A stretch of 64,000 nt of DNA from Neoechinorhynchus agilis (lineage: Eukaryota > Animalia > Acanthocephala). The DNA is taken from positions 8,068,691-8,132,690 of the forward strand of contig CM121342.1 of assembly GCA_051530055.1 (NCBI GenBank). Direction: 5' to 3'. The notes under the pieces are model-generated. The model was not told where the DNA came from. It saw nothing but the letters and a program-made list of their open reading frames with translations, and searched no databases. Positions 13,510-26,600 of the stretch are shown one piece after another; positions within the stretch are counted from its first letter, which is position 1; each line of letters opens with the position of its first letter. The translations under genes and the position numbers were made by a program.

Positions 13510-15350
13510 CTTGGAAGTATATATAAACACGTTTTATTTATGTAAGAAATTCACGATCCACACACTTGCCAGCATCCATCTTTACTGAAGGTGTCTGGAT
13601 GTCGGATGTTGAAGGCAAGGGAGATGGGACTTGTTTTTGAAGGGGTGTTAATGTGCGATCGGAGGCTTTGTATAGGAGATGACCGATTGGGAGTATTTCC
13701 TTGTTCTCCGGTTATTAAGAAAAGATTGGGCTTGGGGGAAGAAAGATTTTTGGTAGAGGGTGGTACGAGCGAGGGGGGATGAAAGAAGGTTTGGGTTACG
13801 GGTGTTTACGAACGAAGAGTATATAGAGATGAAGGAAGAAAATTGTGGCGGGGGTTGAGGAAGACGGAGGGCGTTTTCGGAGAAAATGGAGTGGAGGTTG
13901 GCGTCGAGGGGAGGGAGTGAAGTCCCGAATATTCTAGCTGCTCTCTTGTGGAAGGTCTCCAGGGAATGGAAAGCATTGGTGGAAAGGGCGAGGAAAGTGG
14001 GAAAAGCGTATGTAAGGATAGGAAGGATGGCAGATAGATAAAAGTGGGCAAGGTGTTTAGGGGATACGCCGAGACGCCGGAGGAGTTTGAGAAGGTAAAG
14101 ACGAGGGTTGCGAAGTCGGTGGATCTACCAAGACCAGTGACATTTTTATTTCACGTCACCAGTTTCTATTGGGAAGGGACGAGAGACGAGATGAGAGGAA
14201 TAATTTGCGGGCTATACGGATGCGTTCGGTCAGTGTGGAATGGAAGGAGGGATAAGCGGGATTGCCTGACCGGAAAGCTTTGGTGACCTGGATTTGAAGG
14301 GTTTTTAGAAAAGGCGAGAACCGTGGAGGGTCGCGGTTCGAGATTCGTATTGTTTTGCGAGGAAAGGAAAGCCTTCATCGCAGATTCTATTAGATTTAAC
14401 AAAAAGCACATTGGAAACGAGGGGTCGGTGCCAAAGATGGTGAGGCGGTTTTGCGTGATAAGAGAATTGACACATGCAGCAAAGGATTGGGTATGATGAT
14501 CACGTTTATCCCAGACAACGCAGGGGTTGGAAAAGGAAGGTTTTTGAGGTGATGAGGGGGAGAGAAGGATGGAACAATGGTCAGACGAAGCGATCGGGAG
14601 TAGTTTGGTAGTGTACGAGTATTGCCTGATGTTTGAGAAAATTTTATCAAGGCGGGAGGAGAAGCGTGTGGGGAAAGTAACGATTTGGGAGAGGATGTTT
14701 GAGAAAATTTTATCAAGGCGGGAGGAGAAGCGTGTGGGGAAAGTAACGATTTGGGAGAGATGAGAGAGCGAGGGCGGTATCGGCAGTTTGTTAAAATCGT
14801 CCAATATGATGAAGTGATCTGAGGAAGTGGAAAGTAGGTCAGTAAATAGGTGGTCTATTTGTTGAAGTGTGCTGGGTATGTTTGAGGAAGGAGGGCGATC
14901 AAGGCTAGCGATAGAGATCTCACGTTGGCCATTGCGGATGGGGAGATGAAGTTGGATGTGAAGCCATTCAAGATCGTGGCAGATGAGAAGGTTGGGTGAA
15001 GAGCAATGGTAAGGGAGAGAGGCGCGGATGAAGATCGATATGCCTCCCCCGTTCCGGAAGTCCTTCGTGAGATGATAAGCTTCAAAGTTTGGAAGGAAGG
15101 TAGATAATTTGCTATGGGGCGAGAGCCATGTTTCCGTAACTACAAAGATGTCGGCGTTGCAAGAAGAGGCAACTATATGGAGCTCATACAGTTTGGGGAG
15201 AAATCTGTGGATGTTAGAATAAAAGATTATTGGAAAGGTATGTTTAGAAGGGAGATGAGGGGTGGACACTGACGGAGAGGGTTGAAGCCGCGCGGAGAGA
15301 AGGGATGGGAGTTGACCGATGGGGTAGTTCGGGGGTAATAGATTAGTGGG
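13510..15350 (-). mobile_element. CR1/L2-group LINE, internally deleted (endonuclease plus C-terminal end)
   Basis: YSNIHRFLPKLYEL, IFVVTETWL, FIILDDFN, PTRFSSRLDKIFSN and SDHCSILL APE motifs. C-terminal RTTLYQKSFFP-like motif near 13750. RT core missing. Confidence 0.8.
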
Positions 15351-15351
15351 T

Positions 15352-16390
15352 GAGTATCGATCAACGCGCATTTGTCTTTGCATCGTGCGTAGTCGTTACA
15401 TATACAAGTTTTCGTCCTCGTGGGCATACGCGCGCCTCTTTATTATATATCGGCGTTCGCGGCTTGGCATTAATCTGCACTGCGAAACCGTTTACACGCG
15501 TTCATTCGCGTTATGTTGCGCGAGTATCGATCAACGCGCAGTTGTCTTTGCATCGTGCGTAATCGTTACATATACAAGTTTTCGTCCTCGTGGGCATACG
15601 CGCGCCTCTTTATTATATATCGGCGGGGGCGCTTTTATATTAATCTGCAACTGCGAAACCGTTTACATGCGTTCATTCGCGTTTATGTTGCGCGAGTATC
15701 GATCAACGCGCAGTTGTCTTTGCATCGTGCGTAGTCGTTACATATACAAGTTTTCGTCCTCGTGGGCCAACGCGAGGATCTTTATTATATATCGCCGTTC
15801 GCGGCTTTATATTAATCTGCAACTTCGAAACCGTTTACACGCGTTCATTCGCGTTTATGTTGCGCGAGTATCGATCAACGCGCAGTAGTCTTTGCATCGT
15901 GCGTAGTCGTTACATATACAAGTTTTCGTCCTCGTGGACCAACGCGAAGATCTTTATTATATATCGGCGTTATCGGCTTTATATTAATCTGCAACTTCGA
16001 AACCGTTTACACGCGTTCATTCGCGTTTATGTTGCGCGAGTATCGATCAACGCGCAGTAGTCTTTTGCATCGTGCGTAGTCGTTACATATACAAGTTTTC
16101 GTCCTCGCGGGCATACGCGCGCCTCTTTACTATTGATCAGCGGTCGGCTTTATATTAATCCGCAACTTGGAAACGGTTTAAGGCGTTCATTCGCGTTTAT
16201 GTTGCGCGAGTATCGATCAACGCGCAGTAGTCTCTGCATCGTACGTAGTCGTTACATATACAAGTTTTCGTCCTCGTGGACCAACGCGAAGATCTTTATT
16301 ATATATCGGCGTTTGCGGCTTGATATTAATCTGCAACTTCGAAACCGTTTACATGCGTTCATTCGCGTTATGTTGCGCGAGTATCGATAT
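15352..16390. repeat. Second array of the same ~172-bp satellite (~6 copies)
   Basis: Same unit and orientation as 1-3750; directly abuts the LINE. Confidence 0.95.
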
Positions 16391-17364
16391 ACACGCAGGT
16401 GTGTATTTATCTGGATGCACTACTCGCTTTTGATTGTATCTGTCCGCGAAATGCGCAATATAGGGGCCTATTCTTTATGTGTGGCCTTGTGTGTTCATTC
16501 CCGTTTTTGTTACATGTTCAGTTTTTTTGCCGGTGTGTATTTGCTCGTATGAATGCGTATTCGTTTGTGTGTGCATGTTCGGTCGTATTTTTGTTTCGTT
16601 AGCTTCTGAGAAACGTGTATGTCCAAGTGCGTTATTCGTATTTATTGTTATTTTGAGTTAAAAATGCCACTAGTTTGTATGATTAATACTTCGTAGTAGT
16701 CAGAGTGCGTTGCACCTCCATAAAGGTTTCGTTATTTTAAATAAACGGTACCACATGATCATTTGAAACAAGCCAAGGTAAATCCCGTTTTCTTCAATCG
16801 ATGCCCTAAGATTGTGGGAAAGGAAAACTCAAAGAATTTCAAATTCTATTCGCACTGAAATCATACTAACTAGTTTATTGCTGGTTTCGTTGGATTAATC
16901 ATGACGAAAAGACGGTTTGTGAGAAGAGCGGATCAAAAAAACGCCTCCTTGCGACAAAAGCCTTTTTACGCTTTCGATTTGTCCATACGAGCTGACGGAT
17001 TTGGCATATGATTTACGCTTCCATTTTTGTTTATTCGGCCGTCTCTGAAAAAGACACAGTTTTAAAAGCACCAAGAGAGAGAAACAATTACTTTTGGTCG
17101 ATAAATAGGTTTCTGTTTTCGTTGTTCATAATCTTCACGATGATGATTTTTGTATTGATCAATGTTATTAAAATACGGTTGAGGAGATTGTGTCATTGGA
17201 GAAGTTGATAGAAGGCCAAGTTTGGTAAGACGTCTTTTTACGTGATCCTTGTTCTCCGGAGACCATATAATGTCATTTTTAGATCGAGGCGGTCCATCTG
17301 ACATGGTCTGAGCGATGGGATAGTGTGGACGAGAATGATAAAAATCATTTAGATTAAAACACAA

Positions 17365-19159
17365 TCACATCATTTGTTCAATGAACTGTTTATATGAATA
17401 CATGAATTGAGCGGCGAATGATTCCAAATGCAAAATAGGTTTTTGGCCTTGACAGCAGAGATGTTCGCATTCTGTAGCGATTCGTACAACGTCTTTTCGA
17501 ATGTGAGTGTCGTCACAGACTTTGATCAGTGCTAGGCATAGTTCCTGTTACTTTGAAATTGATTTTCGATTAGAAAAATACTCGTACTAACCCTGAATAT
17601 GATATTATAAGGAATCTGTGCTTCAAGAAGCTTGTAAAACCTTTCTCGGAGTTCAACGAGTCTTCAAAAGTCGTAGGATACTAATTAAATATTAGAAATA
17701 AGTACCTCATTGAACTTTGTTCCTGGACCAACATACTCGCGGTTTCTCGAATGTACTTTAGCCAATCATATTCGGGGGCCATTTGGTCTTCTGCCCATGG
17801 ATACCTAAACGGGCACTTTTTTGTAACAAGTACGACTAAGTATTTTATTTCGATCATCAGATGTTCTGATTTGGGAAATTTCCCATTAACCAGTAAACAA
17901 GTTAAAAGCATAACACTATACAAATACCGATGTTTCCCATTTCAGTTTTTAAAAATAATTCACATCTCAATGCAAATCAGATTAAGATTCCCCCCCAAAC
18001 TAACTTTTCAGCATGGGCCATTTCAAGCATTAAAATAGCTCGTCGCATATTTCCAGCTGCCGACATTACGATTTGGTTCAATAAATGATCGCATTCCAAT
18101 GAAAGATTCTCTTTTTTCAGCACGTACTCCAGTACCCTGCGCATATCTTCCTTCGATGGAGCTGGGACACGGATTGGAAACACTCGACTGTGAAGTGCTG
18201 GAATTATTCGACTAGTCGAATTGCAACATAAAATCAAGCGACATTGCTTAGTGCAAATCTCCATTGTACGCCTCAATGCATTTTGGGCATCGCGAGTCAG
18301 TTTGTCGCACTCATCAAGTACTATTACTTTAAAATTTATCTTTTTGCCAGTGTCGTTGATGTTACGATTATCTGCCAATTGGTTGATTACTTCTTGAACG
18401 ACTAATTTATTGGTCGGCTTTAGGAAGCTACAAAAAGTCCTTGAATAACCGAATGGGCAATTTTAAGTTAACTACCGAGAAAATCTAAAATAAAGAAAAA
18501 GCAAAATTCCATTATTGATGAGAGCAAAATATTTTTCACAAAATGTGTAAAATATAATTTTAAGTGTTGCCGTCCCTTTAGAGTAGCTAAATAAAGATCG
18601 GATTACATAAAGAAAAAATGTGATCGAATAACCGAATGAACAATCTTAAGTTTACTAATGTATAAAATAGAGGTTAAAAATCATATTCTAAAATGGTCTA
18701 ATCTTTAAACGTTAAAGCTTCAAAGAGTCGACAAAGTATCCTGGAAACCAGCGTCGCTACAGCAACAGATTGATTGCGAGAATCACGTCGTAAAAGAAAA
18801 CGTACCTCGGAGTGACCATTATGTGATGAGCGCTTCCAACACCGGTGATCTCAACTTTCTTTTTGTTTGTTGGAGAAACGAATTCGAGTTCTTCAATCTT
18901 GAGGTTATCGACACTTGGACCATAAAGTGAACGAAGAACGCAGTATATTAGCGTCTTTTTTCCAGCACCGGAAATGCCATGAAACAGAAGATGAGGAAAG
19001 TCGCTGTGAAGTGACTAAACAAAGAATACGGATGCAAAATCATGAAGTCGTACTCACGAGATTCTCCAATCGTTGTCCAATGTTTTCATGGAAAATAAGA
19101 TCATTGAATGAACGAGGACGATACTTATCGCACCAGAGCAAATCAGATTTTACGGGCAT
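17365..19159 (-). CDS. RFC3: Replication factor C subunit 3 (multi-exon)
   Basis: LWCDKYRP, DFPHLLFHGISGAGKK, PSDAGFQD, FKVIVLDECDKLTRDAQNALRRTME, YPWAEDQ, HLESFAAQFM. Five GT-AG introns plus one non-canonical insert (18409-18737). Confidence 0.93.
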
Positions 19160-20610
19160 TTCGAGCACTGTTGCATTTTGTCGATATTGAAATGTCGATG
19201 AGTTTTGGTCGGGAAGAATCCGGATTGCCGTGTGTTTGTCACATTTGACGGAGTTTTTGCTCCAGGTGAGAGACACGCATGAGAAACTTTCAAGCAATTC
19301 CGAAGAAGCACCACGCTTCAAGGACAAAACATTAATAAAATTAAATAGTTTTTCTTTATTTCGCCTTGACCAAAACAATCTATGGATAACATCTTCATAG
19401 TTATTGGGATCGCTGAAGTTAAAAATCAGAGTCCAAGGTCTCCTTAAAATTGTTTTTATTCACGTTTGTCATCAATCCGTGCGGATTTGTAGTTTCACTG
19501 AACATTTTTTGTAAAGAAAGGATTTCCGTGGTTTATTGGCGTTTTTATTTCTTCCTGGTAGTTATAAAATTGATTAATTTATCATCGATATTTCACGTTG
19601 GATAACTTCGACATTTTCCCGAGGTTTGTCAGCATCGGGCAACGAGAGCGCCAACCGTGTTCCTGGACAATGCTGGCTTTATTTCCGTCTATCGGCTAAA
19701 CTGAACAACCAATTTCGATAGGTTCCATTATCAGACGATTTCGTAAAAGTCGTTGTATGCTAATTGCATTCACGTCACCAAAATCAATTTGATGTCCATG
19801 ATCATAGCTGAAGAACGTTTATTTGTGATCCTTTTGTTTAGTCTTTTTTCTGGTCTGTCTCACATATTTGGCTGGGCAATCTTTGTCGGATTTTTTCAAA
19901 GTCAAATATAAATTAGTCAATTTAAATTCGGGAGGGGTGGCATAACTAACAAAAGAAATCCATTCACGGCTGAATTAGGGCAGTTCACCGATTTTGGTTC
20001 AGGAAGCGCTGCTCCAAATACAATGGAAACATTCGGTAATGCGTGATCCGTAGCTGTATTGAGGTGTTCTATTGGACTTCGGTCCCGAATACCTCTTTTT
20101 CAACGTCCGATGGTTCAATGGCGGAAATTTAAAAGAATCCGATATTTCGCTTTATCAAGGTTGTTTGTAGAGGAGCAAGACTTTGCTTGCAAGCCGAGGC
20201 GGCATAGGGAACTAGAGTTCTGAATTCCGACGAACAACCTCCTCGGGAGCGATCTGAGCATCCGGAGGGATTCGTACAAAACTCATATTCGCGTATGGGC
20301 ATTTAGCACCGACCAGCGCTTCCGTGTGTTCAAGAACTAAGCCGTGTGTGGATAACTTCGTTTACACCGATAAATATAACTGGCTGATCCACGTTTACGC
20401 TATAAGAAAAATACAAAAACAACGTGACGTCATATTAACGTCAATTGTTGCAATGCAGCATCGGTACAGTTTTCCTTCTATTCAAATCCGGATTCCACCG
20501 TCCACTCGAAGGAACAATTGAAAAATATCTTGAATACGCGCCAAACTCGAAAGAAACCGTCATTGGAACATCAATAGCTCAATAATCACTCAGGTAAAAA
20601 TCAATAATCG

Positions 20611-23600
20611 ATGGCTGACGCTGCAGCACGAAAGCTCCAGTATGAATATAAGGCTAATTCGAATTTGGTATTAACTGCGGATAAGAGTCTTATTGACCGT
20701 CGTCCTCGAAATGAAGCTACAGGTGAAGTTGTATCTTTGGTTGGACATCTCGGTGGCATTCGAATGGGTGATCGTTGTATGCGAGGGAAACCGGGACGTG
20801 AAGATCTTGGTGCTCCATTAACAAAGAAATCTCGCCTTGCTAGTTCTTTACTGAGTTCTGAAGAATTCGATTTTGTCGGTCTTACCTATAAACCCAAGAC
20901 ACAGGAGACAGCTCAAACGTACGAGGCTTTATTGACCTATATCCATTCATGGCTCGGCGATCAGCCAAGAGACGTTCTTTGTGGAGCAGCAGAAGAAGTT
21001 TTGTTAGTGTTAAGAAACGATCGTTTAAGGGATCGTGAGAAGCGTGCTCAAGTCGAGTCTTTGATGGGTCTGCGGAATCTACCGGACGATCGTCTTGCTG
21101 TTTTGATCGGTCTAAGTAAAAAGTTGGTAGATTGGACCGGGACAACCGAGAACGCAGTTGCAGTTGACGATGACGTTGAAGGTGTTAACGTTCAATTTGA
21201 TGAGTCTGGTGATGAAGCTGTTGATATGGTCGAGGAGGAGGAAGAGGTTGAAGACGATGAATTGGAAACCGTAGGAGCTTCGGCTATTGGTCTAGTGAAG
21301 GTCGAGCAGGAACGCAATGAGAATGTTGTAAAGCAGTGGTGTCCAACCACTCGTATACGGTTCGTTTGACTTGTGTTTCATTATATCTCCGGGTAAGACG
21401 AACAGTCTGGAACTCCATTAAAGCATCGAATTGTGAGTTTCTTAAAATTTGCCTTAAAAAGATTTTTAATGTGTTCAGAGCCGAAAAGGTTGGGCACCAC
21501 TGTTGTAAAGAGTATTGATCCAAGAGAAATCGACGCATATTGGCTTCAAAGACAATTGGCAAAAGCCTATGACGATCCAAGTGTGGCACAATCAAAAGCT
21601 CAACAAGTATTGGAAGTGTTGCGATCGTCAAAAGATGAACGTGATCTCGAGAATCAACTCGTAATCCTACTCGGATTTGCTCAGTTCGAACTGATAAAGA
21701 CTTTGAGACTTAACAGGAACGAAGTGCTCTACAGTATTCTGTTGGCTTCAGCACAGACAATGGAAGATAAGGAGAAGATCGTTGATGAGATGCGCGGTGA
21801 TCCTGAACTCGACTTGATTCTACGGCAAATATCAGAACCAGGGATCGAAGGTAAGGTTAAATCTGTTGCTATAGATACAGAAATGGAAATATGTTCGGAT
21901 GGAGGCGAAGTTGAAAAAAAGGAATGTACCGAAGCGCCACCTAATGTTCTTAACTTTGAAGATCTCACTTTTAGCCAAGGTTGCCATTTTATGGCGAATA
22001 GCCGGTCTTCTTGTAACTGAGGTGGACAATTTGCTCGAACGATTTTTATTGTCAAAAATTTAAGAAATTCTCTTTGTTGAAATCACCGTTTTTTTCTCAA
22101 AACTGTTCACGCTTGTCAAAAATTACTTGAATACAATAGCTTTTCACATTTCTTAAAGCGAAGCTTATTTTATTAAGTTAAAAATTTAGATTTTACTTGT
22201 TGAATTCAGAATCTTTTAATAGTTTAGAACGAAGGAATGTTGAAGATTGCATTCGGTCAGTTAGATATGTTATTATTTTGGTCTTGTTTCGATTGATTGC
22301 ATCAGCCATTATCAATCGAAATTGCAAAGCAAAATACAAGCTTGGGGAGCCGAGGTCCCTATCGAACTAATTTTGGTTTATGTGACATTAGAGAATCTTA
22401 TATTGATTTCTTTATTGGGCTACAAGAATGTGCTGGAGAGATTATGCCAACTTCCCGAAGGATCTTTTCGCAAACAGCGTACTGGTTACGAAGAAGTTCA
22501 CGTTCCTGCCCCAAAACCAAAGCCGTTTACGAACGACGAAAAACTTATTTCAGTTGAGGAACTACCGGCTTACGTTCGTCCAGCATTCGAGGGTTTCACA
22601 GCTCTCAATCGGGTTCAATCACGAATATCTTCTAGAGCTCTTCATTCGGACGAAAATCTGTTAGTGTGCGCTCCGACGGGAGCGGGTAAAACGAACGTTG
22701 CTTTGTTGGCTATAATGAGAGAGGTTGGTAAGAACACCACACCGGATGGCACCATTTGTACGGATACGTTCAAAGTGATCTACATTGCACCAATGCGTTC
22801 TCTTGTACAAGAGATGGTTGGTAATTTCAGTCGTCGATTGGCGTGCTATGGTCTTAAAGTTTCTGAACTGACAGGAGATCATCAACTCACAAAGCAGGAG
22901 ATTGACGCGACTCAGGTGATCGTGTGTACGCCCGAAAAATGGGATATTGTTACTCGCAAAGGAGGTGATAGAGTCTACACTCAAATCGTTCGACTTTTAA
23001 TTATCGACGAAATTCATTTGCTGCATGATGATCGCGGACCGGTGTTGGAGGCGATTGTCGCGCGGACCTTAAGGAATATTGAAAGCAATCAAATGGATGC
23101 GCGTTTCATTGGACTTAGTGCTACACTTCCCAATGTCGAAGATATTGCTCGGTTTTTGCGAGTTAATCCCGATTCAGGACTGTTTTCGTTCGATAACTCG
23201 TATAGACCTGTGCCGCTCGAACAACAATATATTGGAATCACAGAGAAGAAAGCTGTTAAAAGGTATCAGTTGATGAACGATCTCACCTACGAAAAGGTCA
23301 TTGAACTCAGTGGTTCGACTAAGCAACAAGTACTGATTTTCGTTCATTCGAGGAAAGAAACTACTAGAACGGCTAAATGGATTCGGGACAAGTGTATGTC
23401 AGAAAACACAATCGGATCATTTCTACGAGATGGATCTGCCTCCATGGAAATTCTTAAATCCGAAGCTGAGCAAACTTCTAATTTAGATCTTAAAGATTTA
23501 TTGCCTTATGGTTTTGGAATACATAATGCTGGTCTCAGTCGCGTAAAACCCATCGTGCTCCTTTAAGGGTTTAAATTGCGAACAATTATTGAATTGTTTT

Positions 23601-26600
23601 AAGCCTTCTTTTTTATAGAAGCTCGATTAGTCTACTTTAAAAACGCTTAAAGGGTAAATCTCTATTTTTAAGTAATGCGAATTCCGATTCAGCCAATCTT
23701 AGTAGAGTCTCAAAAATGGGCGATGGAATTGGCACTAAAATTCAGTCGATTACGGAGATTTCCCAAAAAGGGATATTGTTAATTTTCCAATATCCACAAA
23801 TTCCCTAACATTCAAATTTCAAAAAACACGAAGGCAAATGTCATTGAAAGCAAGTTACTCTTCAGTAGGTCTATTTTTTACAAGAAAAAAGTTTCTTGCT
23901 TTATATTTTTATAGAGGCGAAAGTTGATTTTTTTTTCAAAAAAAAATTAAAAACGCTTTGTCGCGCTTCTGTTTCTAATGTTAAAAGGAGCACGGATTGG
24001 GCAATAGATCGAACACTGGTTGAGGACTTATTTGCGGATCGACACATTAACGTCCTTGTATCTACAGCAACCCTTGCTTGGGGTGTTAACTTACCCGCTC
24101 ATGCGGTTATCATTAAAGGAACTCAAGTGTATAGCCCCGAACGTGGTCGATGGGTGGAACTCGGTGCATTGGATGTGATGCAGATGTTGGGTCGAGCCGG
24201 TCGCCCCCAATTCGACCGTCGTGGAGTAGGTGTCCTTTTGACCACTTACACTCAACTCCAATACTATTTAAGTCTCATGAACCAACAATTGCCGATTGAA
24301 AGTCAATTGATTGCTCGTTTAGTGGATAATCTAAACGCAGAGTTGGTTCTTGGCACTATTCACAATTCTGACGATGCCGTTCAGTGGCTTAAATATACGT
24401 ATCTCTATATTCGAATGCTGCGCAATCCAGTACTGTATGGAATTGAATTGGACGAAATAGATTCGGATCCGTATCTGGTGAACCGTAGAAAAGACCTCAT
24501 ACACACTGCTTGTCTTCATCTAAGCAAATCAGGTCTTCTAAAATACGATCCACGAAACGATCATCTTGATCCAAGTGCTCTGGGACGTATAAGTAGTCAT
24601 TACTATGTAACCGCAGATACAATGCAGGTATACAATCAGCTGCTAAGATCAACTGTATCTGAGATCGAACTTCTTAGGATATTCGCCTTATCGTCAGAGT
24701 TCCGAAATATTCGAGTTAGAGAAGAAGAAAAACTCGAGTTGGCGAAGTTGATCGAAAGGGTTCCATTTCCGGTAAAGGAAGCAGCTGAGGAACCAAGTGC
24801 TAAGGTGAACGTTCTCCTTCAAGCTCATATAAGTCAACTTCATCTCGATGGATTTTCTCTTGCTTCAGACATGATATACGTCACTCAAAGTGCCTCAAGG
24901 CTTGTTCGAGCTTTATTTGAGATTGTTTTGAGCCGGGAATGGGCTCAACTAGCTGAACGGTGTCTAAATCTTGCAAAAATGATCGATCGACGAATGTGGC
25001 AATCAATGTGTCCACTGAGGCAGTTCAAAAAAATTCCGGAGGAAATTGTTAGGAAATTAGAGAGGAAGATTATACCTTGGGAACGCTTTTACGATATGGG
25101 TCCACATGAACTTGGTGAACTTATCCGAGCGCCAAAACTAGGAAAATCTCTGTATCGATACATTCACGAGATTCCACGTCTTGAGTGCAGTATTCATGTA
25201 CTTCCTGTAACACGATCCATGCTTCAAATTGAACTCAGTGTCCGTGCTGATTTTGAGTGGGACGAAAAAGTTCACGGACGTGGAGCAGAATCATTTTGGG
25301 TTTTTGTCGAAGACGTCGACTCTGAACGACTCCTGCATTACGAATATTTTCTATTAAAAGCGAAATACACAAATGAAGAACATCTCATCAAGTTTTACGT
25401 CAGTGTATATGAACCCGTTCCTCCTCAGTATTTCGTAAAGATAATAAGCGATCGATGGTTGACCGGTCAGCAGGATACAACGGTTGCGATATCATTTCGC
25501 CATCTCATTCTGCCTGAGAAATTCACCCCATGTACCGACCTTCTGGACCTTCGTCCACTTCCAAAGAGCGCATTAGGATGTAAGTGGTTAGAGGAAAGCT
25601 ACGATTGGGCATATTTTAATCCCATTCAAACACAAGTTTTCAATACAGTCTACAATACCGACGAAAATGTGTTTGTGGGTGCTCCGGTCGGTTGCGGAAA
25701 GACCGTTTTGGCGGAAATTGCCATTTATCGTGCTCTGAGCTCTAAAGGAGGAAGATGTGCGTACGTTCACTCTAGACCAGAAATCGTTGCCGCTCGATTT
25801 GAAGAATTTAAAGAAAGGTTCAAAAACCTTGGGGTCCATGTTGCTAAACTCACTGGTCACTCACAGACGGATTTGAAAGTGATTGCAACTTCTGGATTGA
25901 TTGTGAGCACAGCAAATCATTGGGACAGTGTGAGTAAAAGATGGAAACAACGAAAAAGTATTCAAACGTTAAAACTGTTTGTTATTGACGATCTTCATTT
26001 GGTTGGATTTTCCGATGGTCCTGTAATTGAAGCTATTTGTTCTCGGATGAGATACATTAGTTCTCAAGTTGCCGATAATCAAATGCGAATTCTGGCCTTA
26101 AGTGCCTCCACTGCAAATTTAAGAGACATTTCATCGTGGTTGGCATGCTCAAAGGGCGCATTTAACTTTCATCCAAGCGTTCGGCCTCAACGACTAAACA
26201 TTCGAATTCAAGCGTTCAATCAGTCTCACACGCCTACACGTCTACTCACAATGTCCCGACACGTGTATACGGCCGCTGTTCAATGCGGCCGTGAATCCGT
26301 GATCGTTTTTGTTAGCAGTCGAAGACAAACAAAACTCACTTGTGTTGACATGTTGGCCTATTCCGTTGCCGATGGACAAAATCTTCAATTTTTATCCGTG
26401 GAGAAATCGGAGGATCTTCTTGCTTCAATCGTTGACAAATTGAATGATGAGTATCTCGGAGAATGTTTAAAACATGGAATCGGATACGTTCACGAAGGAA
26501 GCAGTCATACGGATGAACTCATTGTGTTTGACCTTTTCACTTCGGCTATTATAAAAGTACTCGTAGTCACTCAATCGATCTGTTGGCGACTAAATTCACT

